A DNA stretch of 58,325 nucleotides from Anaerolineales bacterium (GTDB lineage Bacteria; Chloroflexota; Anaerolineae; Anaerolineales; DRKV01): positions 1-58,325 of the forward strand of contig DAOTWV010000060.1 of assembly GCA_034435695.1 (NCBI GenBank). Reading direction: 5' to 3'. Position 1 is the stretch's first letter, and each line of letters opens with the position of its first letter. The notes below the pieces were generated by a model. It made no database searches. It saw only the letters and a program-made list of their open reading frames with translations, and was not told the origin of the DNA. The position numbers were made by a program, and so were the translations under genes. This document shows positions 46,577-56,054 of this stretch, in pieces.

Positions 46577-47476
46577 ATGAAAACTCTGGATTTTCCCTCC
46601 CCCGATATCCGCTTCTTGCTGGCCAAAAAGAGCGTGGACGACCGCGCCCTCAACCGCTACGTCTTTGGCACCCTGGCGCGCGAATTGGCCAAGCATCCCC
46701 TGGATGAACCCCTGCGTGTCCTCGAAATTGGTGCAGGGGTTGGCACCATGCTTTCCCGTCTGATGGAATGGCGGCTTTTTGCACGCGCCCGTTACACCTT
46801 GCTGGAGCCTGAAGAGACTTTCCTCTCCTATGCCCCGCAATGGTGGAAATTTTGGGCCAAAACATGGAATGCCTCCCTGGAACGGAAGCGGGAAGGGGTG
46901 TACATTGTGCGCTACGGCAAGCAGCGCGTGCGCGCCCGGTTACGCCAGCGTACACTCGAAGAGCATTTGCAGAACGCCCGCAAGGCCCGATATGATTTGC
47001 TGATTGCCCACGACGTGCTGCACATGCTGCCGATGGATACCCTGCTGCCGGCGTTGCTTCGCGTGTTGAAGCCTGGAGGATACCTTTGGTTTACGGCGAA
47101 TTTCGATGGCGTAACCCTGTGTGAGCCTCCTTTTCCTGAGCCAGAGGTCGAAACTGCAATCCTGTCCCGATACGCGGCACAGCACACGCCGGCGCGGCAT
47201 CTGATAGGCTTCTTGCGGGCGCAAAGCGATGTGCACCTGCGCGCAGCAGGCAGTTCCGATGCCGTGGTATACCCGGAAGAAGGCAATACCTACCCGGCAG
47301 ATGAGCGCTTTTACCTGACGCATTTCCTGGAGGAAATAGTTTCCGGAGACGCCTCGGATGCCGCAAATGCCTGGCGCACCCATCGCCTGGAAGATTTGGC
47401 AAATGGTACATTGACCTGTATCCAGCACCGCCTGGATATCCTGGCACAACTTCCCTCATCTGCAGAGGGTAATTGA
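46577..47476 (+). CDS. Class I SAM-dependent methyltransferase
   Basis: The internal ATG at 46577 gives MKTLDFPSPDIRFLL.... It has motif I VLEIGAGVGTM and post-I/II regions (YDLLIAHDVLHML, LKPGGYLWF). The start is uncertain; ATG 46568 is also in frame. Confidence 0.7.
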   Translation: MKTLDFPSPDIRFLLAKKSVDDRALNRYVFGTLARELAKHPLDEPLRVLEIGAGVGTMLSRLMEWRLFARARYTLLEPEETFLSYAPQWWKFWAKTWNASLERKREGVYIVRYGKQRVRARLRQRTLEEHLQNARKARYDLLIAHDVLHMLPMDTLLPALLRVLKPGGYLWFTANFDGVTLCEPPFPEPEVETAILSRYAAQHTPARHLIGFLRAQSDVHLRAAGSSDAVVYPEEGNTYPADERFYLTHFLEEIVSGDASDAANAWRTHRLEDLANGTLTCIQHRLDILAQLPSSAEGN

Positions 47477-47486
47477 GGACGTTGTT

Positions 47487-48020
47487 TTGAAGAAAGATAC
47501 ATTTTTCCTGCTCCTGGGGGGCGGGCTGGTTTTGGCGCTTGACCAGTGGACAAAATCTCTGGTACGCCAGAACCTGGCCATTGGAGAACAATGGGCGCCC
47601 TGGGATTGGCTTTATCCTTATGCCCGCATCGTCCATTGGACGAACCGCGGCGCGGCTTTCGGTATTTTCCAACGCGGCAGTGCCTTTTTTACCGTGTTGG
47701 CCTTCATCGTCGGCATACTCATTCTGTACTACTTCCCGCGCGTCTCATGGCGGGATTGGAGCCTGAAAGTGGCCATGATGCTGCAATTTGGCGGCGCGCT
47801 GGGCAATCTGACCGACCGCTTGCTGCGCGGACATGTCACCGATTTCATCTCGGTGGGGTCTTTTGCGGTTTTCAACGTTGCGGATGCCAGCATTTCCATC
47901 GGCGCGGCAGTGCTTGTCCTCGGCATGTGGCTGAGTGAACGCCGCTCTCAGGTGGGAGGCGAGGACACCCTGCCCCTGGTTGGTGAACACGCCCCCGAGG
48001 AGTCTTCTCTGGATGGGTGA
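47487..48020 (+). CDS. lspA: Signal peptidase II (lipoprotein signal peptidase)
   Basis: 177 aa with a TTG start as given in the track. LALDQWTK, NRGAAFG and FAVFNVADASISIGA are the LspA motifs. Confidence 0.88.
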   Translation: MKKDTFFLLLGGGLVLALDQWTKSLVRQNLAIGEQWAPWDWLYPYARIVHWTNRGAAFGIFQRGSAFFTVLAFIVGILILYYFPRVSWRDWSLKVAMMLQFGGALGNLTDRLLRGHVTDFISVGSFAVFNVADASISIGAAVLVLGMWLSERRSQVGGEDTLPLVGEHAPEESSLDG

Positions 48021-48933
48021 GAAGCGTCTGGAACTGCATTTCGAGTGGGGCGCGCCTCCCCAAAGGTTAGACCGCTTTTTGGCGGATTCCCTGCCCGATA
48101 TCTCCCGCTCCCAGGTGCAGCGTCTGGCGCGTGAGGGATGCATCACGGTCAATGGAGAAACACCCAAAAAACCGGGCATGCGCCTGGAGGGGGGCGAACA
48201 CATCGTGGTGTGCATCCCGGCCCCCAAAGAGAGCCGCTTGCAGCCTGAAGCCATCCCGTTGGACGTGCTCTATGAAGACGCGCACGTCCTGGTGGTCAAC
48301 AAACCGGCGGGGATGGTGGTGCACCCTGCAGCCGGCCACGATAGCGGAACGCTGGTGCACGCCGTCCTGGCGCACGTGCCCGAACTGGAAGGCGTGGGTG
48401 GCGAAAAGCGCCCTGGGGTAGTGCACCGTCTGGATAAAGACACATCCGGCGTCATCGTTCTGGCCAAAAACGATACCGCCCACCGCTTTTTGCAAAAACA
48501 ATTTCGCTTGCGAGAGGTACACAAAACCTACCTGGCGCTCACCGATGGGCATCCTCCCACCCCGGAAGGGCGCATCGAAGCCCCCATCGGGCGCGACCCC
48601 TCTCACCGGAAGCGCATGGCCATCGTCCCCGCCCACCGCGGCCGCCCGGCGGTGAGCGAATACCACACCTTGCAGCGCTTTGCGGCTCATTCCCTGCTGG
48701 CGGTGCATCCCGTCACCGGACGCACCCATCAAATACGCGTCCACCTGGCTTTCCTGGGCTGTCCCATTGTTGGCGATTCCGTGTATGGCCGGCGTAAGGC
48801 CAGCCTGCCCATCAAGCGGCATTTTTTGCACGCCCACCGTCTGCGCATCACGCTGCCTGGAGAGCATGAGCCGCGTACCTTCGAGGCCCCGTTGCCTGCC
48901 GACCTCCAGGCCGTTTTGGATACCCTTTCCTGA
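48013..48933 (+). CDS. rluD: RluA-family 23S rRNA pseudouridine synthase (RluD-like)
   Basis: The internal ATG at 48013 overlaps the lspA end by 8 nt. It has an S4 domain (RLDRFLADSLPDISRSQVQRL) and the catalytic HRLDKDTSGV. Confidence 0.9.
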   Translation: MGEKRLELHFEWGAPPQRLDRFLADSLPDISRSQVQRLAREGCITVNGETPKKPGMRLEGGEHIVVCIPAPKESRLQPEAIPLDVLYEDAHVLVVNKPAGMVVHPAAGHDSGTLVHAVLAHVPELEGVGGEKRPGVVHRLDKDTSGVIVLAKNDTAHRFLQKQFRLREVHKTYLALTDGHPPTPEGRIEAPIGRDPSHRKRMAIVPAHRGRPAVSEYHTLQRFAAHSLLAVHPVTGRTHQIRVHLAFLGCPIVGDSVYGRRKASLPIKRHFLHAHRLRITLPGEHEPRTFEAPLPADLQAVLDTLS

Positions 48934-48960
48934 CCTTCGCTTTGCAAACGCTCTGTGCTC

Positions 48961-50007
48961 ATGAACACTCCCCGTCTCGATTTCCGTTCCGATACCGTAA
49001 CGCATCCTACCGCAGCCATGCGGGAGGCCATGGCGCAGGCCGCCGTGGGAGATGACGTCTATGGAGAAGACCCTACCATCAACCGGCTGGAGGCGCTGGC
49101 TGCCGAGATGACCGGCAAGCAGGCCGGGCTTTTCGTTCCGTCGGGTACGATGGGCAACCTTACCGCCGTGCTTACCCACTGTGGGCGCGGGGATGAAGCC
49201 ATTGTGGGACATCTCTCGCACACCTTTTTGTATGAGGCCGGCGGTATCTCCGCTTTGGGCGGCGTTCATTCTCGTCAGGTTGTCAATCAACCGGATGGCA
49301 CGCTGAAACTGGAAGACATCCGGGCGGCCATTCGCAGCGACGACCCGCACTTCCCGCCCTCCCGGCTGCTGGTGCTGGAAAATACGCACAACCGCTGTGG
49401 TGGTGTGGCGCTGACGCCAGCCTATACGCGCGCGGCTGCCGATTTGGCGCACGAGCATGGTTTGGCGGTGCACCTGGATGGGGCGCGGTTGTTCAACGCC
49501 GCAGCGGCGCTGGGTGTTTCGGCAGCGGAACTGGCCGCAGCGGTGGATTCGGTGACTTTTTGTCTCAGCAAGGGGTTGTGTGCGCCGGTTGGTTCGGTGT
49601 TGTGTGGTTCCCGCGAGTTCATTCACCGCGCACGGCGTATTCGCAAGCAATTGGGGGGAGGCATGCGGCAGGCAGGTGTGTTGGCTGCGGCTGGCCTGGT
49701 GGCCTTGCAGGAAATCGTCCCCCGTTTGGAAGAAGACCATCGCCGGGCGCGTGCCCTGGCCGATGGATTGCGCGCCATCCCTGGGATACGGCTTGACCCT
49801 GGAACGCCGCATACCAACATGGTGTACCTGTCCCTGGAGCCGGCATTGCCAGTGGATGCTGCGGATGTGGCTGCCCGCTTGAAGGCGCGCGGCGTCCTGG
49901 TGGGAGTGGTCGGCGCGCGGCGTTTCCGCCTGGTGACCCACTACTGGATTGATGATGAATCCGTCTCCACCGCCGTGGAGGCCTTTCGCGAGGTGCTTAC
50001 GTTTTGA
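48961..50007 (+). CDS. ltaE: Low-specificity L-threonine aldolase
   Basis: ATG at 48961 (a GTG at 48955 is also in frame). DFRSDTVTHPT..MREAMA.A.VGDDVYGEDPT, SGTMGN, and the PLP-Lys context FCLSKGL. Confidence 0.88.
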   Translation: MNTPRLDFRSDTVTHPTAAMREAMAQAAVGDDVYGEDPTINRLEALAAEMTGKQAGLFVPSGTMGNLTAVLTHCGRGDEAIVGHLSHTFLYEAGGISALGGVHSRQVVNQPDGTLKLEDIRAAIRSDDPHFPPSRLLVLENTHNRCGGVALTPAYTRAAADLAHEHGLAVHLDGARLFNAAAALGVSAAELAAAVDSVTFCLSKGLCAPVGSVLCGSREFIHRARRIRKQLGGGMRQAGVLAAAGLVALQEIVPRLEEDHRRARALADGLRAIPGIRLDPGTPHTNMVYLSLEPALPVDAADVAARLKARGVLVGVVGARRFRLVTHYWIDDESVSTAVEAFREVLTF

Positions 50008-51559
50008 TGTGTTTCCAGTGTGCAGGTGAAGGGAAAATTTGATTACGGCCGTTGTTCTTGGCCTGGTACAGGCGCTGGTCGGCCAAATCCACCAGGGTAT
50101 AGATGTCGTCGCTCTCGTATGGGAAGAGCGCAATCCCCTGGCTGATGGTCGGTGCAGGAATGGGATTGCCCTGGCGGTCGTGCATTTGTAACTTTTTCAT
50201 GGATTCGGCGATACGCCGGGCAATCTGCGTGGCCTGCACGCCATTGGCCTCGGGCAGGCCAATGGCAAATTCCTCGCCGCCCCAGCGCCCTACCAAATCC
50301 CCCTTTTTGATGTGCCGTTTGATAACGTCTGTGAATTTAATGAGCACCTGGTCGCCTACCAGGTGTCCATAGGTATCGTTGTAACTCTTGAAAAAGTCGA
50401 TATCCAGCATGATGAGCGCCAGGGGTTTGCCTTGTTGCTGTGCCTGGCGCGCTTTTTCCGCCAGCGCCATCAGAAAATAGCCGTGATTATAGGCACCGGT
50501 CAGGCTGTCCCGGCGGGAACGCTCCTCCACCTCAGCGTGGTGATAGGCGTTATCCAGTGCCAGGGCAGCCTGCTGGGCGATGCTTTCGAGTAATTCCAGG
50601 TCGCTGTACCGAAAGGCGTTTTCACGGTATGCGCCTACTGCCACAACCCCAATGAGGTGCCCTCCGGCTTCCATTGGGGTGCCCATCCAGGAAAGATTGA
50701 TTTTGTCCTTGCCCACCGTTTGCGGGGAGATGCCCAGCGCAGGGGCTTCTTTGGGAATGTTGTGCAGCAACAGAGAGCGATGCTGGGCGATTACCAACGC
50801 GGCCAGGCTGTTTTTTTCGGGGATTTCCTGGGGTGGGTAAAATTCTCCATCGTCATAGAGTACCTCCAGGCGCAGAGTGCCATCGTGTTGTATGCCGATG
50901 TAGTAGGTGTCGGCCTCCAGCGCTTCTTGAATGGCCGCGCTTAACAATTCGATGACCTGGGGTGGTTCGATAGTGACGTTGATACGCCGTGCCACACCAT
51001 TGATGGTCTCCAGATAGGTGATATGGCGTGCCAGCATGTTCCCGACGATAGAGAAGGTTTCTATCAGCGTCAGGCCAAACAGAGGAATGGCCACGGCAAG
51101 AAATGTATGCCCTCGGGGGATGTTTCCCAGCGTGTACACGACCAATCGAGGCAGGGTATTGCTTGTCAGAAAAGTATAGGCCGGCCAGCGTCCAAACAGA
51201 ATGACCACCAGAATAACGGTGAGCAGACTCATGATAGCATCGAAAAGCAGGCCTACATTAGCAAACAAGAGCGAGATAAGGGGGATACCGATGGCATGTC
51301 CCACCAGAATGACCCACCGCAGGACGGGATACTGCTCCGCATAGGGAAACAGGTAGCGCAGCAATACCCAACTGTATAGCGTAAAAGTGATACTGGCTGC
51401 AATGTACAACCGGCGCTCATCTGGCTGCACGGAAGGATGTAATGCCACCAGAAAGAGTCCGCCCACTATCAACAACACAAGTCCCAAAATTGGGGCGATG
51501 ATGCGTTGTCGTTCTGTAAGCGTAAGGTGGTGGAAAGATGTGTGGAAGAAGGATTTCAT
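49997..51559 (-). CDS. Membrane-bound GAF-GGDEF diguanylate cyclase
   Basis: The internal ATG at 51559 gives MKSFFHTSFHHLTL.... It has about 6 TM segments, a GAF-like region, and a GGDEF domain with RWGGEEFAI and LDIDFFKSYND. The GTG at 51619 is an alternative start. Confidence 0.88.
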   Translation of the reverse strand: MKSFFHTSFHHLTLTERQRIIAPILGLVLLIVGGLFLVALHPSVQPDERRLYIAASITFTLYSWVLLRYLFPYAEQYPVLRWVILVGHAIGIPLISLLFANVGLLFDAIMSLLTVILVVILFGRWPAYTFLTSNTLPRLVVYTLGNIPRGHTFLAVAIPLFGLTLIETFSIVGNMLARHITYLETINGVARRINVTIEPPQVIELLSAAIQEALEADTYYIGIQHDGTLRLEVLYDDGEFYPPQEIPEKNSLAALVIAQHRSLLLHNIPKEAPALGISPQTVGKDKINLSWMGTPMEAGGHLIGVVAVGAYRENAFRYSDLELLESIAQQAALALDNAYHHAEVEERSRRDSLTGAYNHGYFLMALAEKARQAQQQGKPLALIMLDIDFFKSYNDTYGHLVGDQVLIKFTDVIKRHIKKGDLVGRWGGEEFAIGLPEANGVQATQIARRIAESMKKLQMHDRQGNPIPAPTISQGIALFPYESDDIYTLVDLADQRLYQAKNNGRNQIFPSPAHWKHIKT

Positions 51560-52066
51560 GGTATCCCAGCCCGGAGAAAACACAATAATTGTACTCGATT
51601 TTAATTCCCCGATTTCCACCCTCTGTCTTACGGGGGCACGAAAGACATGTTGTTCAGTAGTAACAACTCAGCCACCCACGCCCAACGATAAATCGTCGGG
51701 CTGAGCAGTTACGTTCAGTAGAACGCTGATAACGCTGGTGCCCCTGCTCTCGCTGGTTGTGTTGGTTTTCGCCGCTTCGTTAGCCGTATCTGCGGCATCT
51801 GCCCTGTCTTTGTGCCGGACACCCGCTTGCGATGGATGGGAAACAGTCCTTGCCCCCCACGAGGAAAGGCCAGGAGGGGGACTCTACGCCATTCGCATGC
51901 AGTCTCTTCAGGCCATCGCTATAATTCAGGGCGAATTAGGGTAAAATAACATGCAATGGCATCGGTTGTGGATGACGGGCATGAGATTTTCCGGTACACG
52001 CCAAAACATCGGATGTGTATGGATGAGAATTCCTGGTCACCACTGTCAAAGGAAAAAGGTAGTGAT

Positions 52067-53749
52067 ATGGTCATTCTGACGCGGGAGCAATTGGAGGAGC
52101 GATTAGCGGCGCTACACCAGGCCAGTCTGGAACTGGTGCGCAACCTTTCCCTGCAAACAGTGCTACAGCGTATCGTTTCTCTGGCCTGTGAACAAGCCGA
52201 CGCTGAATATGGCCTGCTGCGGGTCGTGGACGAAAATGGCAACCTGGAAGCCTATGTCCAGGTTGGCATGAGTGATGAAGAAGTAGCCCGTATGCCGCAC
52301 CCTCCCCAGGGGCTGGGGCTGATTGGCGCCCTGTACACTGAGCGAAAGTCCATTCGCATTCCCAAAGTTTCCGCCGATTCTCGAAGTGTAGGATACCCTG
52401 AGGGACACCCCCCCATGCACAGTTTTCTGGGGGTTCCCATCATCCAGGGGGACCGCCTGTTAGGGCAACTGTACCTGGCAAACAAGAAAAACTGGCATGA
52501 GTTCACCGAAAACGACCAGCGCGTTATCGAGATGTTGGCGGCTTATGCGGCCAGCGCCATTACCAACGCGCGTTTGTATGAAGGCATCCTGCAGCGGGAT
52601 AGGGAATTGGTGCAGCGCAACGAAGACCTGGCACTGACCAATGATATCGCGGCCACCCTGGCAAGTTCCCTGGACCTGGAGCAAATCCTGGAGCATACCA
52701 TGGAACGGGTGATGGATTACCTGGGGGTCGAGGCAGGCGAAATCTGGCTGCGGGATGAAGGAGAAGGTTCGTTTCTGCGCATGGCGCTGCATCGCGGCGA
52801 GGCTGCCGAGGCCTTCTGGACGCGGGATACCTTCCGTATAGGAGAGGGGTTCATTGGCCTGACCGCCCAGCACAACGATGTGCTCGTTTCTTCTGACCTG
52901 GCGCACGACATGCGTTACCTGCGCACCGCAGTGGTGGAAGCCGGCTTTCGCAGCATGATTGGGGTACCGCTGGTAGCCCAGCAAGGGCGGGTGGTTGGTG
53001 TATTGGGGCTGGTGGCCCGCGACGAGCGTACCTTCCAGCCGCGGGAAGTAAACTTGTTGCGCTCTATCGGCGTGTGGGCGGGGACGGCTATCGAGAATGC
53101 CTGGTTACACCGCCGCGCCCGGCAGGTCGCTGTTTTGGAAGAGCGCGAGCGCATTGGCATGGATTTGCATGACGGCATCATTCAGTCTATCTATGCGGTT
53201 GGGCTGGTGCTGGATTATGCCCGCCTCTCCATTCACGAAGACCCAGAGCAGGCACTCGAAAAAATCAATCAGGCCATCAACGGTCTCAATCACGCCATCC
53301 GCGATATCCGCACCTATATTCTGGATTTGCGCCCCCGTCAATTCCGTGAGAACGAAAGCCTGGCTGATGGTATCCGGCGCCTGGTGGACGAATTCCGCGC
53401 CAACAGCACTACGGCAATTTCCCTTTCCCTGGGGGAAGAAACCGACCTCACTCTGCCCGTGGAGGCCGCGACCACCATCTTCCACATTTGTCAGGAGGCG
53501 CTGGCCAACATCGCCAAGCATGCCCAGGCCACCCGCGCTACTGTGGCCCTGTGGGGAACCCCTGACCGTGTGTTGCTGGAGGTCAGCGATGATGGACGTG
53601 GTTTTGACCTGGAACGCATGAGCACCACCCTGGGACATGGCCTTTCCAACATGCATCGTCGGGCGCGCAAGGTCGGCGGAGATGTGGAGATGAATTCCGC
53701 ACCCGGCGAAGGCACCACGGTTTTGGTCTGGGTACCTCGTACAACATGA
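52067..53749 (+). CDS. Cytoplasmic GAF-GAF sensor histidine kinase (HisKA_3 / NarX-type)
   Basis: The internal ATG at 52067 gives MVILTREQLEERL.... It has two GAF domains, the HisKA_3 H-box ERERIGMDLHDGIIQSIY, and HATPase_c (QEALANIAKHA, DDGRGF, GHGLSNM). Start uncertain; ATG 52019 is also possible. Confidence 0.85.
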   Translation: MVILTREQLEERLAALHQASLELVRNLSLQTVLQRIVSLACEQADAEYGLLRVVDENGNLEAYVQVGMSDEEVARMPHPPQGLGLIGALYTERKSIRIPKVSADSRSVGYPEGHPPMHSFLGVPIIQGDRLLGQLYLANKKNWHEFTENDQRVIEMLAAYAASAITNARLYEGILQRDRELVQRNEDLALTNDIAATLASSLDLEQILEHTMERVMDYLGVEAGEIWLRDEGEGSFLRMALHRGEAAEAFWTRDTFRIGEGFIGLTAQHNDVLVSSDLAHDMRYLRTAVVEAGFRSMIGVPLVAQQGRVVGVLGLVARDERTFQPREVNLLRSIGVWAGTAIENAWLHRRARQVAVLEERERIGMDLHDGIIQSIYAVGLVLDYARLSIHEDPEQALEKINQAINGLNHAIRDIRTYILDLRPRQFRENESLADGIRRLVDEFRANSTTAISLSLGEETDLTLPVEAATTIFHICQEALANIAKHAQATRATVALWGTPDRVLLEVSDDGRGFDLERMSTTLGHGLSNMHRRARKVGGDVEMNSAPGEGTTVLVWVPRTT

Positions 53750-54564
53750 TTACCAGTTTCCGTAACGCCAAAGTTAAAGCCGCGCGTGCCCTCAAGCAGC
53801 GCAAACAACGCCTCGCCAGTGGCCTGTTTTTGGTGGAGGGAATTCGTCAGGTGGGGGATTTGCTGGACAGCGCATTTCCCATTCGCAATGTGTTTTACGC
53901 CCCCGATTTGCTGACCAGTGAGTACGCCCTGGAACTGGTGGCAAGGGCGCAAAAGACAGGCATCGAAACCCTGGCGCTTTCTGCCGAAGTTTTTGCCAGT
54001 CTGACCGCGCGTGAACATCCCCAGGGGATACTCGCGGTGGCAGAGTGGCGCCGCCGCTCGCTGGAGTCCCTGTCTCCCCCCAGGTGGGGCGTCGCCCTCG
54101 TGGAGCCGCAAGACCCTGGGAATATCGGTACTATCCTGCGCACCATGGATGCCGTGGGAGCAGATGTCCTTTTCCTGGTGGGAAATTCTGCAGACCCCAC
54201 GCACCCTGGGGCTGTGCGCGCCAGCATGGGAGCACTGTTCTGGATACCGGTGGTGCAATGTGATTTTCCCGCCTTTGCTGCCTGGTGTCGCCAGGCAGGC
54301 TGTCACGTGTACGGGACTTCTGCCCATGCCCGTGGTGGCCTGGAGGTTTTGCGTTCTGCTGTTCCCCCCAGCGTTTTGTTGCTGGGCAGCGAGCGCACCG
54401 GATTGAATGCAGAGCAGCAGGCATTGTGTGAGGAAAGCGTCCGCTTACCGATGTATGGGCATGTTTCCTCGCTGAACCTGGGGGTAGCCGCGGGGGTGTG
54501 CCTGTACGCCATGCTGGAAGGGGCGCTGGGGGAAGAGTCAGGCAGCCCGCGCCAGCGCAGTTAA
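53746..54564 (+). CDS. TrmH/SpoU-family RNA 2'-O-methyltransferase (RlmB-like)
   Basis: 272 aa. The ATG overlaps the kinase stop (ATGA). L.EG...V.....AF, VEPQDPGNIGTILRT, LLLGSERTGL and LPMYGHVSSLNLGVAAGV. Confidence 0.85.
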   Translation: MITSFRNAKVKAARALKQRKQRLASGLFLVEGIRQVGDLLDSAFPIRNVFYAPDLLTSEYALELVARAQKTGIETLALSAEVFASLTAREHPQGILAVAEWRRRSLESLSPPRWGVALVEPQDPGNIGTILRTMDAVGADVLFLVGNSADPTHPGAVRASMGALFWIPVVQCDFPAFAAWCRQAGCHVYGTSAHARGGLEVLRSAVPPSVLLLGSERTGLNAEQQALCEESVRLPMYGHVSSLNLGVAAGVCLYAMLEGALGEESGSPRQRS

Positions 54565-55038
54565 TCCCAATACGACGACTCCCAACACCAGGTTAAGCCA
54601 CAACCAGCGCCGCGCGGTGCGTTGCAAGGTCTCGCTGTGTGGCACCTCCCTGCCGCTACTGAGCAGCAAAGCGGCGCGTTGCAACGCCGGCAGGGTGTGT
54701 AAACTGAGCACGGCGTTGATGCCCAGCATTCCTCCGTAAGCCAGGTGCTTGAGCAAAATGGCCACAGCCCACCGGTTGGTGATGGCCAGCAACCCTTCAT
54801 AATTTGGACTGGCGCTCATTTGAAACATGCCAGTAGCCAGCAGCATTGTGGCGCTCAGCCATTGCCAGGGAAGTGCTTGCTTAAGTGTGTGTGCCAGGTG
54901 GGGCAACTGTTGTTCTGGAGACAGGTATTGCTTTCCAAAGGGGAGTACCCACAACAAAATGGCGGCCTGACTGCCAAGCCAGGCCACCGTTGCCAGGATG
55001 TGTATCCAGTACAATGTGCTCAACGTGACAAAGGACAT
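54538..55038 (-). CDS. Integral membrane protein (about 4 TM, CopD-like?), function unknown
   Basis: ATG at 55038 preceded by GGAG (the track gives the GTG at 55044). It is a hydrophobic protein, MSFVTLSTLYWIHILATVAWLGSQAAILL.... The 3' end overlaps the convergent TrmH gene by 27 nt. Confidence 0.55.
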   Translation of the reverse strand: MSFVTLSTLYWIHILATVAWLGSQAAILLWVLPFGKQYLSPEQQLPHLAHTLKQALPWQWLSATMLLATGMFQMSASPNYEGLLAITNRWAVAILLKHLAYGGMLGINAVLSLHTLPALQRAALLLSSGREVPHSETLQRTARRWLWLNLVLGVVVLGLTALARAA

Positions 55039-55067
55039 ACGCACTCCGGGAAAGTGGTAAGAGATGG

Positions 55068-56054
55068 TTACCCGCCAGGCGTGGGACTGGGCGCGCCGCC
55101 CTCAGGGGTAGGCGTTGGAGGAAGTGGTGTGGGGGTGGGGGGCGAGCATTTGTTGTGTGCGCGTTTCAATGCTTTTTCTACATCAGCACCCAGGGATTGT
55201 GCGATTCGATATTGTTCTTCGGCTTTGCACCACGCCTTATTGTCCATCAGATAATCGGCATATTTTTGGGTTGCAATCAAATAGCGTTGAGAGGCAGTCA
55301 TGCCAGATGCATCACGCAGGTTGGGCGCCAGCGGCGCGACCTGCCCAAAGTAATATGCAGCCTGCCCCCAATCGATTTCCCAGAAACTTGCCCCGGTGAC
55401 GTACAAACTGACCCAGATGCGGTAGTTCTTTGCTTCGGCATCCAGAGGCCCGAAACGTTCCGCCAGTGCGAGGTCATAAGTACCGCCTTCCAAATCGGCT
55501 TGCTGCAGAATTTTCTGTACGCCGCGATTGCGCAGAGCGATGTAGAGCATGCCGTCTACCTGCACAGCCTGGTAAGATGCATTGCGCTTACGCAGCGCGA
55601 GCAACGTTTCTATGGCGGTATCCCAATCTTCCTCTTGCAACGCGGCCTGTGCCTGCTCAAAGAGTTGCTGTTCTCCACGCAGGTCTGGGGTAGGGGTAAG
55701 TGTAGGGGTGGGAACGATAGTCGGCGTGGCGGTGGCATTGAGTGCCAGCATGGCTTCTGTGAGTTTGTCCACTGCCCCAGGGTAGTTGGGGTCTTGTTCG
55801 AGTACGAATTCGAAGCGCTGACGCGCCAGGTCATACCGTTTGGCCTGTAAATCTTCCAGCCCCAATTGGAATTGAGTCTGAATATCGCTGGCTATTTGGG
55901 TGGCTTCTGCAGCGCGACGTTGCTGCATGCCATTGGCATACCCTGCGTAGGCACTGGCCGCGGCTATCAATAGCAGCAGTGCCAGCCCGATGAGCAATGT
56001 GCGCAGCACGCCTTTTTTCCGAGAACGAGGGGTTTCAGAGGGATTTGCTTCCAT
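55068..56054 (-). CDS. Membrane-anchored TPR-like protein with Pro/Thr-rich segments, function unknown
   Basis: The internal ATG at 56054 of track ORF 55068..56282 gives MEANPSETPRSRKKGVLRTLLIGLALLLLIAAASAYAG (signal anchor). Helical repeat regions and PTPTP linkers follow. TATAAT lies 7 nt upstream of the ATG (leaderless geometry). Confidence 0.65.
   Translation of the reverse strand: MEANPSETPRSRKKGVLRTLLIGLALLLLIAAASAYAGYANGMQQRRAAEATQIASDIQTQFQLGLEDLQAKRYDLARQRFEFVLEQDPNYPGAVDKLTEAMLALNATATPTIVPTPTLTPTPDLRGEQQLFEQAQAALQEEDWDTAIETLLALRKRNASYQAVQVDGMLYIALRNRGVQKILQQADLEGGTYDLALAERFGPLDAEAKNYRIWVSLYVTGASFWEIDWGQAAYYFGQVAPLAPNLRDASGMTASQRYLIATQKYADYLMDNKAWCKAEEQYRIAQSLGADVEKALKRAHNKCSPPTPTPLPPTPTPEGGAPSPTPGG

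Noticed and set aside
48067-50133. 688-aa minus-strand ORF spanning rluD, the intergenic gap and ltaE
   Set aside because: It crosses two well-supported plus-strand genes. The product is Arg/Gly/His-rich with no motifs. Treated as a shadow ORF.
51738-51944. 68-aa GTG-initiated ORF with a hydrophobic N-terminus in the GGDEF/kinase intergenic region (possible secreted peptide)
   Set aside because: It has no RBS and no positively charged n-region, and its third-position GC is lower than in neighbouring genes by eye. It overlaps the regulatory region. There is not enough support to call it.
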